DNA of 64,000 nucleotides, from the NCBI GenBank assembly GCA_050250375.1, contig JBFWOS010000003.1:17284-81283 (forward strand), written 5' to 3'. Position 1 is the stretch's first letter. Every line of letters starts with the position of its first letter. Source of the stretch: Candidatus Omnitrophota bacterium (GTDB lineage: Bacteria; Omnitrophota; Gorgyraeia; Zapsychrales; Zapsychraceae). Positions 18,412-26,384 of the stretch are shown here, in pieces. A model generated the notes under the pieces. That model saw nothing but the letters and a program-made list of their open reading frames with translations. It searched no databases and was not told where the DNA came from. The translations under genes and the position numbers were made by a program.

Positions 18412-19502
18412 AATACTTTCTCCAAAGCCTCAATAAATCTGCGATTTTCTTCTTTTGTTCCGACAGTAACTCTGATGTACTGCCCCATCCCCCAAGAACT
18501 CATATCCCGGACAATGATGCCATTCTCCATCAATTTCTTAGATACGTCCGATGAATCCCGTTTGACATTAACGAGAATAAAATTGGTGCTGCTCGGTTGA
18601 AAATCTATCTTCATTCGAGTGAAACGATCATAAAGGAACTTCCGCTGGGTATTAATTTTTTTGGCCACATTACGGTAATATATTTTATCTTTCAGGCACG
18701 CCACTGCAGCCGCTTGAGCGATAGAATTTATATTGAACGGTTCGCGAATACGATCAAATATATCACACAATTCAGGGTTAGCTACCCCATATCCGATCCT
18801 CAATCCAGCCAGGCCATACATCTTTGAAAATGTTCGCGTAACGATTAAATTCTTATGTGTTTTCAGCAATTTGATTGAATCAACATAATCTTTAGCATCC
18901 ACATATTCATAATAGGCCTCATCGATAAAAATTAAAATGTCTTCCGGGATGCCTTCCAAGAACCTCTCTACATCTTTTTGTTTTAAATAGGTTCCCGCCG
19001 GATTGTCCGGATTGCCTAAAAATATTATGCGTGTCTTATCCGTAATAGCCTTTTTCATGCCGTCTAAATCATAATGAAAATTCTTTAAGGGGATGCTTAT
19101 AATTTTGGCACCCGAAATTTTTGATGCGATATCATAAATCAAGAAGGATGGTTTGGCATTGATCACCTCATCCCCCTCATTAACAAATAGCCTCGCGGCC
19201 ATGACAATCAATTCATCAGATCCGTTTCCAAAAACAAGTTGAGTGGGTTTAACATTCAGATGACGGCTCAAGGTTTCCCTTAGAGAGAAACAATAACCGT
19301 CGGGGTAACGGTTGATTTGTAGAACGGCGTTGTTAATTGCCTTAACGACTTTTGGGGAAGGGCTGTACGGATTTTCGTTGGAAGCCAGCTTGATCACTTC
19401 CTTTAAACCAAATTCACGCTTGACCTCGTCAATCGGTTTACCAGGCACATACGGTTTAATGGTAAAAACCGTTTTTTTTGCGACACTTTTCAAATCACGC
19501 AT
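18408..19502 (-). CDS. hisC: histidinol-phosphate / aromatic aminotransferase (class II PLP aminotransferase)
   Basis: Translation contains KLASNENPYSPSPKV and a KMYGLAGLRIGY lysine motif. The ORF-track start at 19532 is TTG. The ATG at 19502 lies directly after the pheA stop. Confidence 0.8.
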   Translation of the reverse strand: MRDLKSVAKKTVFTIKPYVPGKPIDEVKREFGLKEVIKLASNENPYSPSPKVVKAINNAVLQINRYPDGYCFSLRETLSRHLNVKPTQLVFGNGSDELIVMAARLFVNEGDEVINAKPSFLIYDIASKISGAKIISIPLKNFHYDLDGMKKAITDKTRIIFLGNPDNPAGTYLKQKDVERFLEGIPEDILIFIDEAYYEYVDAKDYVDSIKLLKTHKNLIVTRTFSKMYGLAGLRIGYGVANPELCDIFDRIREPFNINSIAQAAAVACLKDKIYYRNVAKKINTQRKFLYDRFTRMKIDFQPSSTNFILVNVKRDSSDVSKKLMENGIIVRDMSSWGMGQYIRVTVGTKEENRRFIEALEKVL

Positions 19503-19503
19503 A

Positions 19504-20565
19504 TCAATCCAGACTTGGATACGAACCGACAATCTTTAAATACTTGCACATATTTTCTAACTGATTTAAGGCTAACTTTACGTTTCGATCTGAACGATGT
19601 CCTTCGAAGTCGACAAAAAAGTAATAATCCCATGCGCGTTTTTTCGATGGTCGAGACTCAATTTTTGTTAAATTAATTTTATTTTTATAAAATGGTGTCA
19701 GCATCGCATGCAACGCGCCGACCTTGTCTTTTATCGAGAAAATAATAGTCGTTCTGTCTTTTCCGGTCGACGGAACATCCTGTTTGGCAATCACCAAGAA
19801 CCGTGTTGCGTTGTGAGCGATGTCCTGAATGTTGGATTTTAGAATTTTAAGGCCGTATATTTTGGCCGCCAGACTTGACGCGATCGCAGCAGAATTAACT
19901 TCATTTGCGGCCTGCTGGGCCGCTTTGCTGGTTGATTCAACAGGTATGAGGCTGATCCCAGGCATATTCTTATGCAACCAATTTCGTGACTGACCAAATA
20001 CTTGTGCGTTTGAATAAATTTGTTTGATCTGCGACAGCGATGATTTCGAGATTAAATTGTGGGAAATCTTCATGAGGATCTGCGCGCAAATTTTTAGTTC
20101 GGAGTCAACCAGCATATCAATGGTATGTGTCACAACTCCTTCGGTTGAATTCTCAATGGGAACGACCCCATATTCACACTCATCATTCTCCACCTGTTGA
20201 AAAACATCCAAGACACTATGGCAGGGAATATAGTCGATCTGTGAGCCGAATTTCTTATTCGCAGCCAGATGTGTGTAAGACCCCTCAATGCCTAAATAAG
20301 CTATGCGCAATGATTTTTCAAGGGCCAATGAAGATGACATAATTTCCCGATATATAGCCTCGAATGCTTCCATCGTCATAGGACCAGCATTCAATTTTCT
20401 AATATTATCCAACACTTCCTTTTCACGATGCGGGGCATATATTCCTGTATTGCTTTTTAGCTTTTTGCGGCCGATCGACTGGCTCATTTCAGCCCGCTCA
20501 TTAAGCAACTTAATCACCTTAGCGTCAATTTGATCTATTTTATTTCGAAAACTATTTAAACTCAT
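19504..20565 (-). CDS. pheA: bifunctional chorismate mutase / prephenate dehydratase with a C-terminal ACT domain
   Basis: The N-terminal AroQ chorismate-mutase helix (FRNKIDQIDAKVIKLLNERAEMSQSIGRKK) is followed by a prephenate-dehydratase domain (IAYLGIEGSYTHLAA) and an ACT-like tail. Confidence 0.85.
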   Translation of the reverse strand: MSLNSFRNKIDQIDAKVIKLLNERAEMSQSIGRKKLKSNTGIYAPHREKEVLDNIRKLNAGPMTMEAFEAIYREIMSSSLALEKSLRIAYLGIEGSYTHLAANKKFGSQIDYIPCHSVLDVFQQVENDECEYGVVPIENSTEGVVTHTIDMLVDSELKICAQILMKISHNLISKSSLSQIKQIYSNAQVFGQSRNWLHKNMPGISLIPVESTSKAAQQAANEVNSAAIASSLAAKIYGLKILKSNIQDIAHNATRFLVIAKQDVPSTGKDRTTIIFSIKDKVGALHAMLTPFYKNKINLTKIESRPSKKRAWDYYFFVDFEGHRSDRNVKLALNQLENMCKYLKIVGSYPSLD

Positions 20566-21391
20566 CGGTTTGCTCTTCTTGTATGGATGGGTTGGATTCA
20601 GTCATCGCCGCAGCCACCTGCGGTTCCGTGGACTGAACCATGGATCCGTCGACAGATAGACTCTCCGGATCTTGTTCTTCCGGGGCACTTTGAAGCATCA
20701 TACTATTCTGGGTTGGAATCTGCGCGCTGTTTTCTTTTTCTGCTCTGGCAATAGCCTGTTGTTTTTGTTTTTCAAGAGAGTTATCAGCCCCGCCCTCTCC
20801 CATGGACCCTTCAAGATATTCATTACTGGTCGACTCTTCTGATTGGGCCTGTAAGGCCACTAATTCCTCTAAATTCGGCAATGTATCCAGAGACTTCAGA
20901 CCGAAATACTCTAGAAATTGTTTAGTCGTTCCATATAAAAATGGTCGCCCTGGAACATCTTTACGACCGGCCAGTTTAATCAATTCTTTATCCAATAAAA
21001 GGGCGACAACCCCGTCTGAATTGACACCCCTAATTAATTCAATATCAGCACGGGTGACGGGTTGTTTGTATGCAATAATCGCCAACGTTTCAAGTGCAGG
21101 TTTAGACAGTTTTTCTTTATGTTTTGTTTTATAGAAATTGCGCACATAAGCAACATATTCCGGATTGCTGAGCATCTGGTATCCCCCGGCAATCTCCTGA
21201 ATAGTGATCCCGCCGCTACGGGAACGGTAATCTTCACTTAAACCTTCAATGGCCTTTTTGATCTCTGCCGGAGTAACAGTCTCGAGAACCCGTTTAATTT
21301 GTTCCAGAGTAATAGGTCTTTCGTTGACAAAAAGCAAGGCTTCCACCACACCTTGAATGTACTGCAATGGTTCAGTGGTATTTTGTTCCAT
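20552..21391 (-). CDS. scpB: segregation and condensation protein B with an acidic C-terminal tail
   Basis: VEALLFVNERPITLEQIKRVL and RADIELIRGVNSDGVVALLLDKELI are the ScpB winged-helix signatures. Confidence 0.8.
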   Translation of the reverse strand: MEQNTTEPLQYIQGVVEALLFVNERPITLEQIKRVLETVTPAEIKKAIEGLSEDYRSRSGGITIQEIAGGYQMLSNPEYVAYVRNFYKTKHKEKLSKPALETLAIIAYKQPVTRADIELIRGVNSDGVVALLLDKELIKLAGRKDVPGRPFLYGTTKQFLEYFGLKSLDTLPNLEELVALQAQSEESTSNEYLEGSMGEGGADNSLEKQKQQAIARAEKENSAQIPTQNSMMLQSAPEEQDPESLSVDGSMVQSTEPQVAAAMTESNPSIQEEQTDEFK

Positions 21392-22020
21392 CAGCTTTTC
21401 ACCTTTTGTTTATAAATCTCGTTTAACAAGTCTTCCGTTGTTATTATTGCCTTGTTTTGTTTCAGTGCCTGATCAATCATATGCTGGGCTTCAGGTTTTT
21501 TATACTGAAGTTGGAGCAGTACATCCAACGCCTCTTGCTGCCAATCCGGCACCGATGCGATATCTGCCGATTGCGGAACTTTGTCCTGCAGCAATCCGTA
21601 TTTCCCGACCTTACCCTGCAATTTAGCAACGATTTCTTTTGCCCGCTGGAGGCCAATGCCTGGTAAACTTTTTAACGCATTAATATTCCCGGTATCAATC
21701 GCCTGCGTAATCTCACTGATCGGTTTACTGATCGCCTTAACAGCGGCCCTGGGACCTATCCCGGATACCTTAATAAATTGCTGAAAGAAATCACACTCAA
21801 TAGCATTAATAAAACCTATCAGGCACGGAATCGCGCTCGTTTGTCCGACCTGAAGATAATGAAACGTTATAAGTTCAACATCACCCGAACTATCAATCAC
21901 CTCATCAATTCGTTTAAGCACCGTTAGCGGCACCATTATTTCATAATAAAGCCCCTGGAGCTTTAAAACAACCGAATGTTCTTTTTTTTCAATAAGCTTC
22001 CCAGAAATTTTTACAATCAT
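21391..22020 (-). CDS. ruvA: Holliday junction DNA helicase subunit RuvA
   Basis: MIVKISGKLIEKKEHSVVLKLQGLYYEIMVPL and an HhH region (FIKVSGIGPRAA) are the RuvA fold signatures. Confidence 0.85.
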   Translation of the reverse strand: MIVKISGKLIEKKEHSVVLKLQGLYYEIMVPLTVLKRIDEVIDSSGDVELITFHYLQVGQTSAIPCLIGFINAIECDFFQQFIKVSGIGPRAAVKAISKPISEITQAIDTGNINALKSLPGIGLQRAKEIVAKLQGKVGKYGLLQDKVPQSADIASVPDWQQEALDVLLQLQYKKPEAQHMIDQALKQNKAIITTEDLLNEIYKQKVKS

Positions 22021-22499
22021 ATTTTACGGTTGTTCATGTAAATATATCCCAGACTCAAGGCAAGAGCGTCACTCGCATCCAGGGTTAATTTTTCCTCATC
22101 CAATGAAAATACATGTGCGACAACCCGGCGAGTCTGAACTTTTGATGCGTTACCGTTTCCGGTAACGGCCTTTCGAATACGCTTAACACTATATTCGATT
22201 AATTCTAAACTTTCTTTTGCGCAAAGAAGACAAATAACGCCTCTGACATGTCCGATCACGGCTGCTGTCGCCGGATGCTTATAATGAGTGTATAGCTTTT
22301 CCAAGACAAGCACATCGGGCTTATACTGCTGAATCAGCTGATCCAGAATAATATAAATTTTATGAATTCTGTTTTTGAGGGGGTCTGTGTTTTTCGGTTG
22401 AATCGTTCCGACCTCGAGTATCTTGGTGCGGCCGCCTGATGTCTCAACAAATCCATAACCCGTAACCCTTGTACCGGGATCGACCCCTACAATACGCAT
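22017..22499 (-). CDS. ruvC: crossover junction endodeoxyribonuclease RuvC
   Basis: MRIVGVDPGTRVTGYGFV is the RuvC N-terminal catalytic motif. Confidence 0.85.
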   Translation of the reverse strand: MRIVGVDPGTRVTGYGFVETSGGRTKILEVGTIQPKNTDPLKNRIHKIYIILDQLIQQYKPDVLVLEKLYTHYKHPATAAVIGHVRGVICLLCAKESLELIEYSVKRIRKAVTGNGNASKVQTRRVVAHVFSLDEEKLTLDASDALALSLGYIYMNNRKI

Positions 22500-23257
22500 T
22501 ACTCTTCTTCAGTAGAAATACGTTCCATTTCTTCATCAGAAATGTCAAAATTGGCATAAACGTTCTGAACATCTTCGTGCTCTTCCAAGGCTTCCATGAG
22601 TGCCAAAAGTTGTTTGGCATCATTACCTTCCACTTTGACATAGTTGCTTGGGATCATTGTCATTTCCGCCGTAACCATGGGAACACCCTTAGCCGCTATG
22701 GCATCCTTGACCGCAAATAAATCCGCAATGCTCGTTGTAATCTCATGATAGTTGCCTTCGGAGCTTATATCCTCAGCTCCGGCCTCAAGAGCAATATTCA
22801 TAATTTCATCTTCGCTTATTTTGTTTTTCTCAATAGAGATAAATCCCTTTTTGGTAAATAAATAGGATGTTGCTCCAGCACCGGCCGAACTGCCATTTTT
22901 ACGTTTAAGAATTGCTTTTATTTCAGACGTTGTCCTGTTGTTATTATCCGTCAGACCGGTAATCATCATAGCCACCCCGCCCGGACCGTAAGCATCAAAT
23001 GATATTTCTTCATAGGTTATACCAGGAATTTCCCCTGTCCCTTTTTTAATGGCGTTGTCAATCTTATCTTTGGGCATATTGATCCCTTTTGCTCGATCAA
23101 TCGCAGTTCTTAAAGAAGCATTTATGTCAGGATCACCGCCTCCATTCTTGGCGATGGCTGTAATTTCTTTTGCCATCTTTGAAAAGGCAGCTCCTCTTTT
23201 TGCATCAGCCGCCCCTTTTTTATGTTTAATACTTGCCCATTTACTATGTCCTGACAT
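22499..23257 (-). CDS. yebC: YebC/PmpR-family DNA-binding regulator
   Basis: MSGHSKWASIKHKKGAADAKRG is the canonical YebC N-terminus. Confidence 0.85.
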   Translation of the reverse strand: MSGHSKWASIKHKKGAADAKRGAAFSKMAKEITAIAKNGGGDPDINASLRTAIDRAKGINMPKDKIDNAIKKGTGEIPGITYEEISFDAYGPGGVAMMITGLTDNNNRTTSEIKAILKRKNGSSAGAGATSYLFTKKGFISIEKNKISEDEIMNIALEAGAEDISSEGNYHEITTSIADLFAVKDAIAAKGVPMVTAEMTMIPSNYVKVEGNDAKQLLALMEALEEHEDVQNVYANFDISDEEMERISTEEE

Positions 23258-23371
23258 TAAGTTTCCTCCTCAATGATTCCGGAATTATTCGAATAAATGA
23301 ATAAACCGGTTAACTGATCACCAACTGTTTAAAGCGGTGAAATTATAATTTAGCGCTATGGTTTATATAAT

Positions 23372-23388
23372 CCCGTCTCTTGGACGGG
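23372..23388 (-). terminator. GC-rich hairpin just 3' of rnpB (possible terminator or processing stem)
   Basis: Minus-strand RNA reads UUUUUCCCCGUC-CAAGA-GACGGGAUUAUAUAAA: a 6 bp GC stem followed by an A/U-rich tract. Confidence 0.3.
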
Positions 23389-23429
23389 GAAAAATACTCA
23401 GCAGATATATCCTAATTTAAATTATATCC

Positions 23430-23825
23430 AGAGTATAAATAAACAGGTCATAAGCCGAGTTTTGTTCATCAATATTGATGGATGGTTATTCAACTTACTC
23501 TAAGGATTACTCCTTAAACTCTTGCAGCTTACCCGCAGATCAACGAACCGGATCAATTCGTTTAATGAAGAGCCAGTCTGTCATTAATTTCTGCCTATTT
23601 AGCATTGCTCCATGTAGAGATTGCTCGTTTCACTCCTAAGCTGGCATCAAGTTTGAAGATGACACAACTTAAGCATCGTCACTGTAGCTCTAATCCTCCT
23701 GCTAAAAAGCAAGGCCCAGCATTATCTGGGTACATTATCCTGTGGAGCTCGGACTTTCCTCCCCAACGTTAAATATGTCGAGTCCACCATTGAATTTTAA
23801 TCAATAATAGACTTCAACATTTAAT
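23430..23825 (-). ncRNA. rnpB: RNase P RNA (bacterial type A-like), approximate ends
   Basis: The 570 bp ORF-free gap contains, on the minus strand, GGAAAGUCCGAGCUCCACAGG (revcomp of 23743-23763), which is the P4 5' strand, and ACAAAACUCGGCUUAUGACC (revcomp of 23446-23465), which is the P4 3' strand. Compare E. coli M1 RNA GGAAAGUCCGGGCUCCAUAGGG and ACAGAACCCGGCUUAUCGGUC. There is also an AGGAGUGAAACG element (revcomp near 23615-23640). The length of about 390 nt fits type A. The exact 5' and 3' ends are not determined. Confidence 0.75.
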
Positions 23826-23833
23826 TTTGGTTA

Positions 23834-24274
23834 TTAATCAAAATCAAACGTCGGGGCAACCATCGCGGCCTGTTTTTTTTTAATCGATTGTGTTGCGAGG
23901 CGGTCTGCATCTTTGTTGTATTCTCTTAAAACATGTTCAATCTTGAACTTTTTGATGCCTTCTAAAAGATGCTGGGCCTGCTCAAATAACGGCAATATGT
24001 TTGCATTCTTTACTTTGTAATCGCCGATCATTTGTTTATAAACTAATTCACTGTCTGTAATTACTTCAACTTCATCCGCCCGCCTGATCAAACTTTCCTG
24101 TAAAGCATAAATTAATGCGGTGTATTCCGCCACATTATTCGTCGCCACACCAATTGATTTTGAAATTTCTTTGACCGTTATCCGGTCTTGACGGAAAACC
24201 ACTCCGATACCAGCTTCACCGGGATTTCCACTTGAGGCGCCGTCAATATTGATGACCAGTTTTATAGAACTCAA
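23834..24274 (-). CDS. rnhA: ribonuclease HI-like (RNase H type 1 fold)
   Basis: Translation contains INIDGASSGNPGEAGIGVVF, NNVAEYTALIYAL, TDSELVYKQM and EYNKDADRLA, giving the DEDD catalytic-residue pattern of RNase HI. The apparent start is TTG at 24274, with no in-frame ATG near the N-terminus. Overlaps the upstream gene's stop by 4 nt. Confidence 0.7.
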   Translation of the reverse strand: MSSIKLVINIDGASSGNPGEAGIGVVFRQDRITVKEISKSIGVATNNVAEYTALIYALQESLIRRADEVEVITDSELVYKQMIGDYKVKNANILPLFEQAQHLLEGIKKFKIEHVLREYNKDADRLATQSIKKKQAAMVAPTFDFD

Positions 24275-24993
24275 AGATCTTCCTCAATGTAAATAAATCG
24301 CGAGCAATATTCACAGCGGACCAGTTCGGCTTTCATCTTAATCTGATTCACTGTTTGAGGCATAACATTCATAAAACAACCGCCGCACGAAGTTCCATTC
24401 ACAGGAACAATCGCCCTGCCCTCTTTATGCCCGAGAATTTTCTCATATTGGACTAATATATTTGGATCTATATCAGGAGCTATTTGATTTCGCTGCCCCA
24501 CGAGCACTTTGACCCTGTCTTTGAGTACATTCAACTCATCTTCAATTTCTTTTTTCTTGCTGAGGTATTCTTTTTCCCTCTCAGAAACTACGATCTTCTC
24601 TTTCTCGATCTCAACATAAACCGCGTCGGCCTCATCATAAGACTTTAATATGTTTTCTTCAACAATAGATTTATCCGCTTTTATGCCCTCAATTTCTTTA
24701 ATTTTAGCCGCGTACTCTTTATTTGTTTTTAACTGATTGAGATCACTATTCGCTTTGGCTATAACATTTTCTTTGGATTGCAATTCAATTTCAAGGTCTT
24801 TTCTGGCAACGACCACACTTTTGACTTTGTCTTCCAGCTCCTTAAGACGGGCTTTCTTAATTTCGAACTGTTCTTTTAGCTGATCGATCCGTTCCGGTTT
24901 TTCTTTAATCTCTTTATTCAGGTCATATATCTCGCCATCTAATTTTTGAATGTCTACAAGTTTCTTGATTTGATCTCGGACTGATACTACCAC
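24271..24993 (-). CDS. coiled-coil protein with a C-terminal C4 zinc ribbon (DUF164-type)
   Basis: About 190 aa of heptad-rich, K/E-rich sequence precede the C-terminal tail GTSCGGCFMNV...RCEYCSRFIYI, which carries CxxC...CxxC. The GTG start at 24993 is preceded by an AAGGGA ribosome-binding site. Confidence 0.65.
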   Translation of the reverse strand: MVVSVRDQIKKLVDIQKLDGEIYDLNKEIKEKPERIDQLKEQFEIKKARLKELEDKVKSVVVARKDLEIELQSKENVIAKANSDLNQLKTNKEYAAKIKEIEGIKADKSIVEENILKSYDEADAVYVEIEKEKIVVSEREKEYLSKKKEIEDELNVLKDRVKVLVGQRNQIAPDIDPNILVQYEKILGHKEGRAIVPVNGTSCGGCFMNVMPQTVNQIKMKAELVRCEYCSRFIYIEEDL

Positions 24994-25027
24994 TTTGATT
25001 ATCCCTTATCTAATTCGATTAAAAATC

Positions 25028-25101
25028 TGGGCCTTCCTGGACTTGAACCAGGGACCAATTGATTATGAGTCAACTGCTCTAACCGCCTGAGCTAAAGGCC
25101 C
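25028..25101 (-). tRNA. tRNA with CAU anticodon, elongator type (tRNA-Met, or tRNA-Ile2 if lysidine-modified)
   Basis: The minus-strand 74 nt sequence is GGGCCTTTAGCTCAGGCGGTTAGAGCAGTTGACTCATAATCAATTGGTCCCTGGTTCAAGTCCAGGAAGGCCCA. It folds into a cloverleaf with a 7 bp acceptor stem, a GTTCAAGT T-loop, and anticodon loop CTCATAA. G1-C72 are paired, so it is not an initiator. CCA is not encoded. Confidence 0.8.
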
Positions 25102-25488
25102 GAAAACAAACCTTAACCGATTGGTCAATTGTCAAATTTATTAGTGAAACCATTGTAGCCTGCTTTACACGGTCAAATTAAAGGTTTTGTCAATTAACAC
25201 CTCTAATTTTTGTCCTTCAGCATATCACAAGCCATTTTCTTTTTCAACTGAATTTGCTGGACGTAATGAAACATGAAAAACCATTGTGTATCAATTACTT
25301 ACAATAGAATAGAATAAATCACGACTCTATAATATATATTTATAGTAGTATAATGTATACGTTCGACTGAAGGCCCGTTTTTCTAGATTAAAAAGAGGAA
25401 ATACGAATAAAACAACCGATTATTTGAATGGATTTCTTGGAACGAATATCGATTTTAAATAAGGATAATACAAACTTGATTGGGTCGG

Positions 25489-26307
25489 TCACTTAACAAT
25501 CTTTAAATTCAAAGTTGCCGTAGGTTCGACTCCTTTAAAGTTCATTAAATATGTCGCATGAATTGTCAAATCCTGGGGCTCCGTAAATCCATTTAACTTG
25601 AACTTCCTTTTTAAGGCCCGATTTGGTCTTAACACTTCATTGCCCTGGGTTGGATGGGCCAGATTCAGGTCAGAACCCCAAGTAACTTTGTCATAGGCAA
25701 ACGCGATCGAATCACTCGACAAATCTTTAATTTTGATATTATTTCCTGTCAAATTCTCAAATTCGGCAATAAATGTAACTGGTTCGTCAACCTTAAAAAC
25801 GCTTTTATCAGCATAAAGGCTCAATTTGATCGGTAATTGCTTAGACTGGTAGTCAAGGAGTGGCCGGGCAAATTCCTTAACAAACGGAAGTATTTCGATC
25901 TGACGATGTTTATTGCTGTTATTCTGGTAAGCAATCAGTTTTACTTTCAAAAGCGGAAAGGCATATTCAAAATGAGCTCCTTCAAATGAATACTCCTGAT
26001 CCGCATCTATTGGTACAAACTCAACACCAAACTCTAGCTTGTCAACTTGCTTACTCCCCACGACGTCAAGATAACGGTATTTGATAAAATCAAATCCCCA
26101 TTGGTTTTTCTTAAGCGCGATAATATTAAATAATTCCAAATCATGATAGCGGGGCTTTAATTTTTCTATTTCATTATAAATGCTTTTAACGACATTATTA
26201 CAGATTTCAATGGTGGCGGGATCTAAACCGGGTTGTTCTGCTATGGATGGACTAACCAAAATGAGCGAACTCAGCAAGAAAACATGATAAATCTTTAAAA
26301 AATGCAT
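25489..26307 (-). CDS. hypothetical secreted protein
   Basis: ATG at 26307. Signal peptide MHFLKIYHVFLLSSLILVSPSIAEQ. No recognisable domain. Confidence 0.45.
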   Translation of the reverse strand: MHFLKIYHVFLLSSLILVSPSIAEQPGLDPATIEICNNVVKSIYNEIEKLKPRYHDLELFNIIALKKNQWGFDFIKYRYLDVVGSKQVDKLEFGVEFVPIDADQEYSFEGAHFEYAFPLLKVKLIAYQNNSNKHRQIEILPFVKEFARPLLDYQSKQLPIKLSLYADKSVFKVDEPVTFIAEFENLTGNNIKIKDLSSDSIAFAYDKVTWGSDLNLAHPTQGNEVLRPNRALKRKFKLNGFTEPQDLTIHATYLMNFKGVEPTATLNLKIVK

Positions 26308-26341
26308 AATCCATTTCCCGTTATAAATTAATGATTAAATT

Positions 26342-26382
26342 TAATTAACTCGGGACATAAATAATATGTCCCGAGTTAATTA
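26342..26382 (-). terminator. perfect 17 bp inverted repeat downstream of rpoD (probable terminator or protein-binding palindrome)
   Basis: TAATTAACTCGGGACAT (26342-26358), then aaataat, then ATGTCCCGAGTTAATTA (26366-26382). On the minus strand it is followed by an A/U-rich tract (AAUUUAAUCAUUAAUUU). It sits between the rpoD stop (26385) and the next gene's start (26307). Confidence 0.45.
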
Positions 26383-26384
26383 GA

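Noticed and set aside
25240-25370. AT-rich short direct repeats (tagaatagaataaat..., tatatatttatagtagtataat) that could be mistaken for a CRISPR or repeat array
   Set aside because: The units are under 10 bp, irregular, and have no spacer structure. This fits an AT-rich promoter or upstream region for the tRNA gene.
24994-26307. Possible prophage or genomic island integrated at the tRNA
   Set aside because: No integrase, recombinase or phage genes, and no duplicated tRNA 3' segment seen. Downgraded to a low-interest observation.
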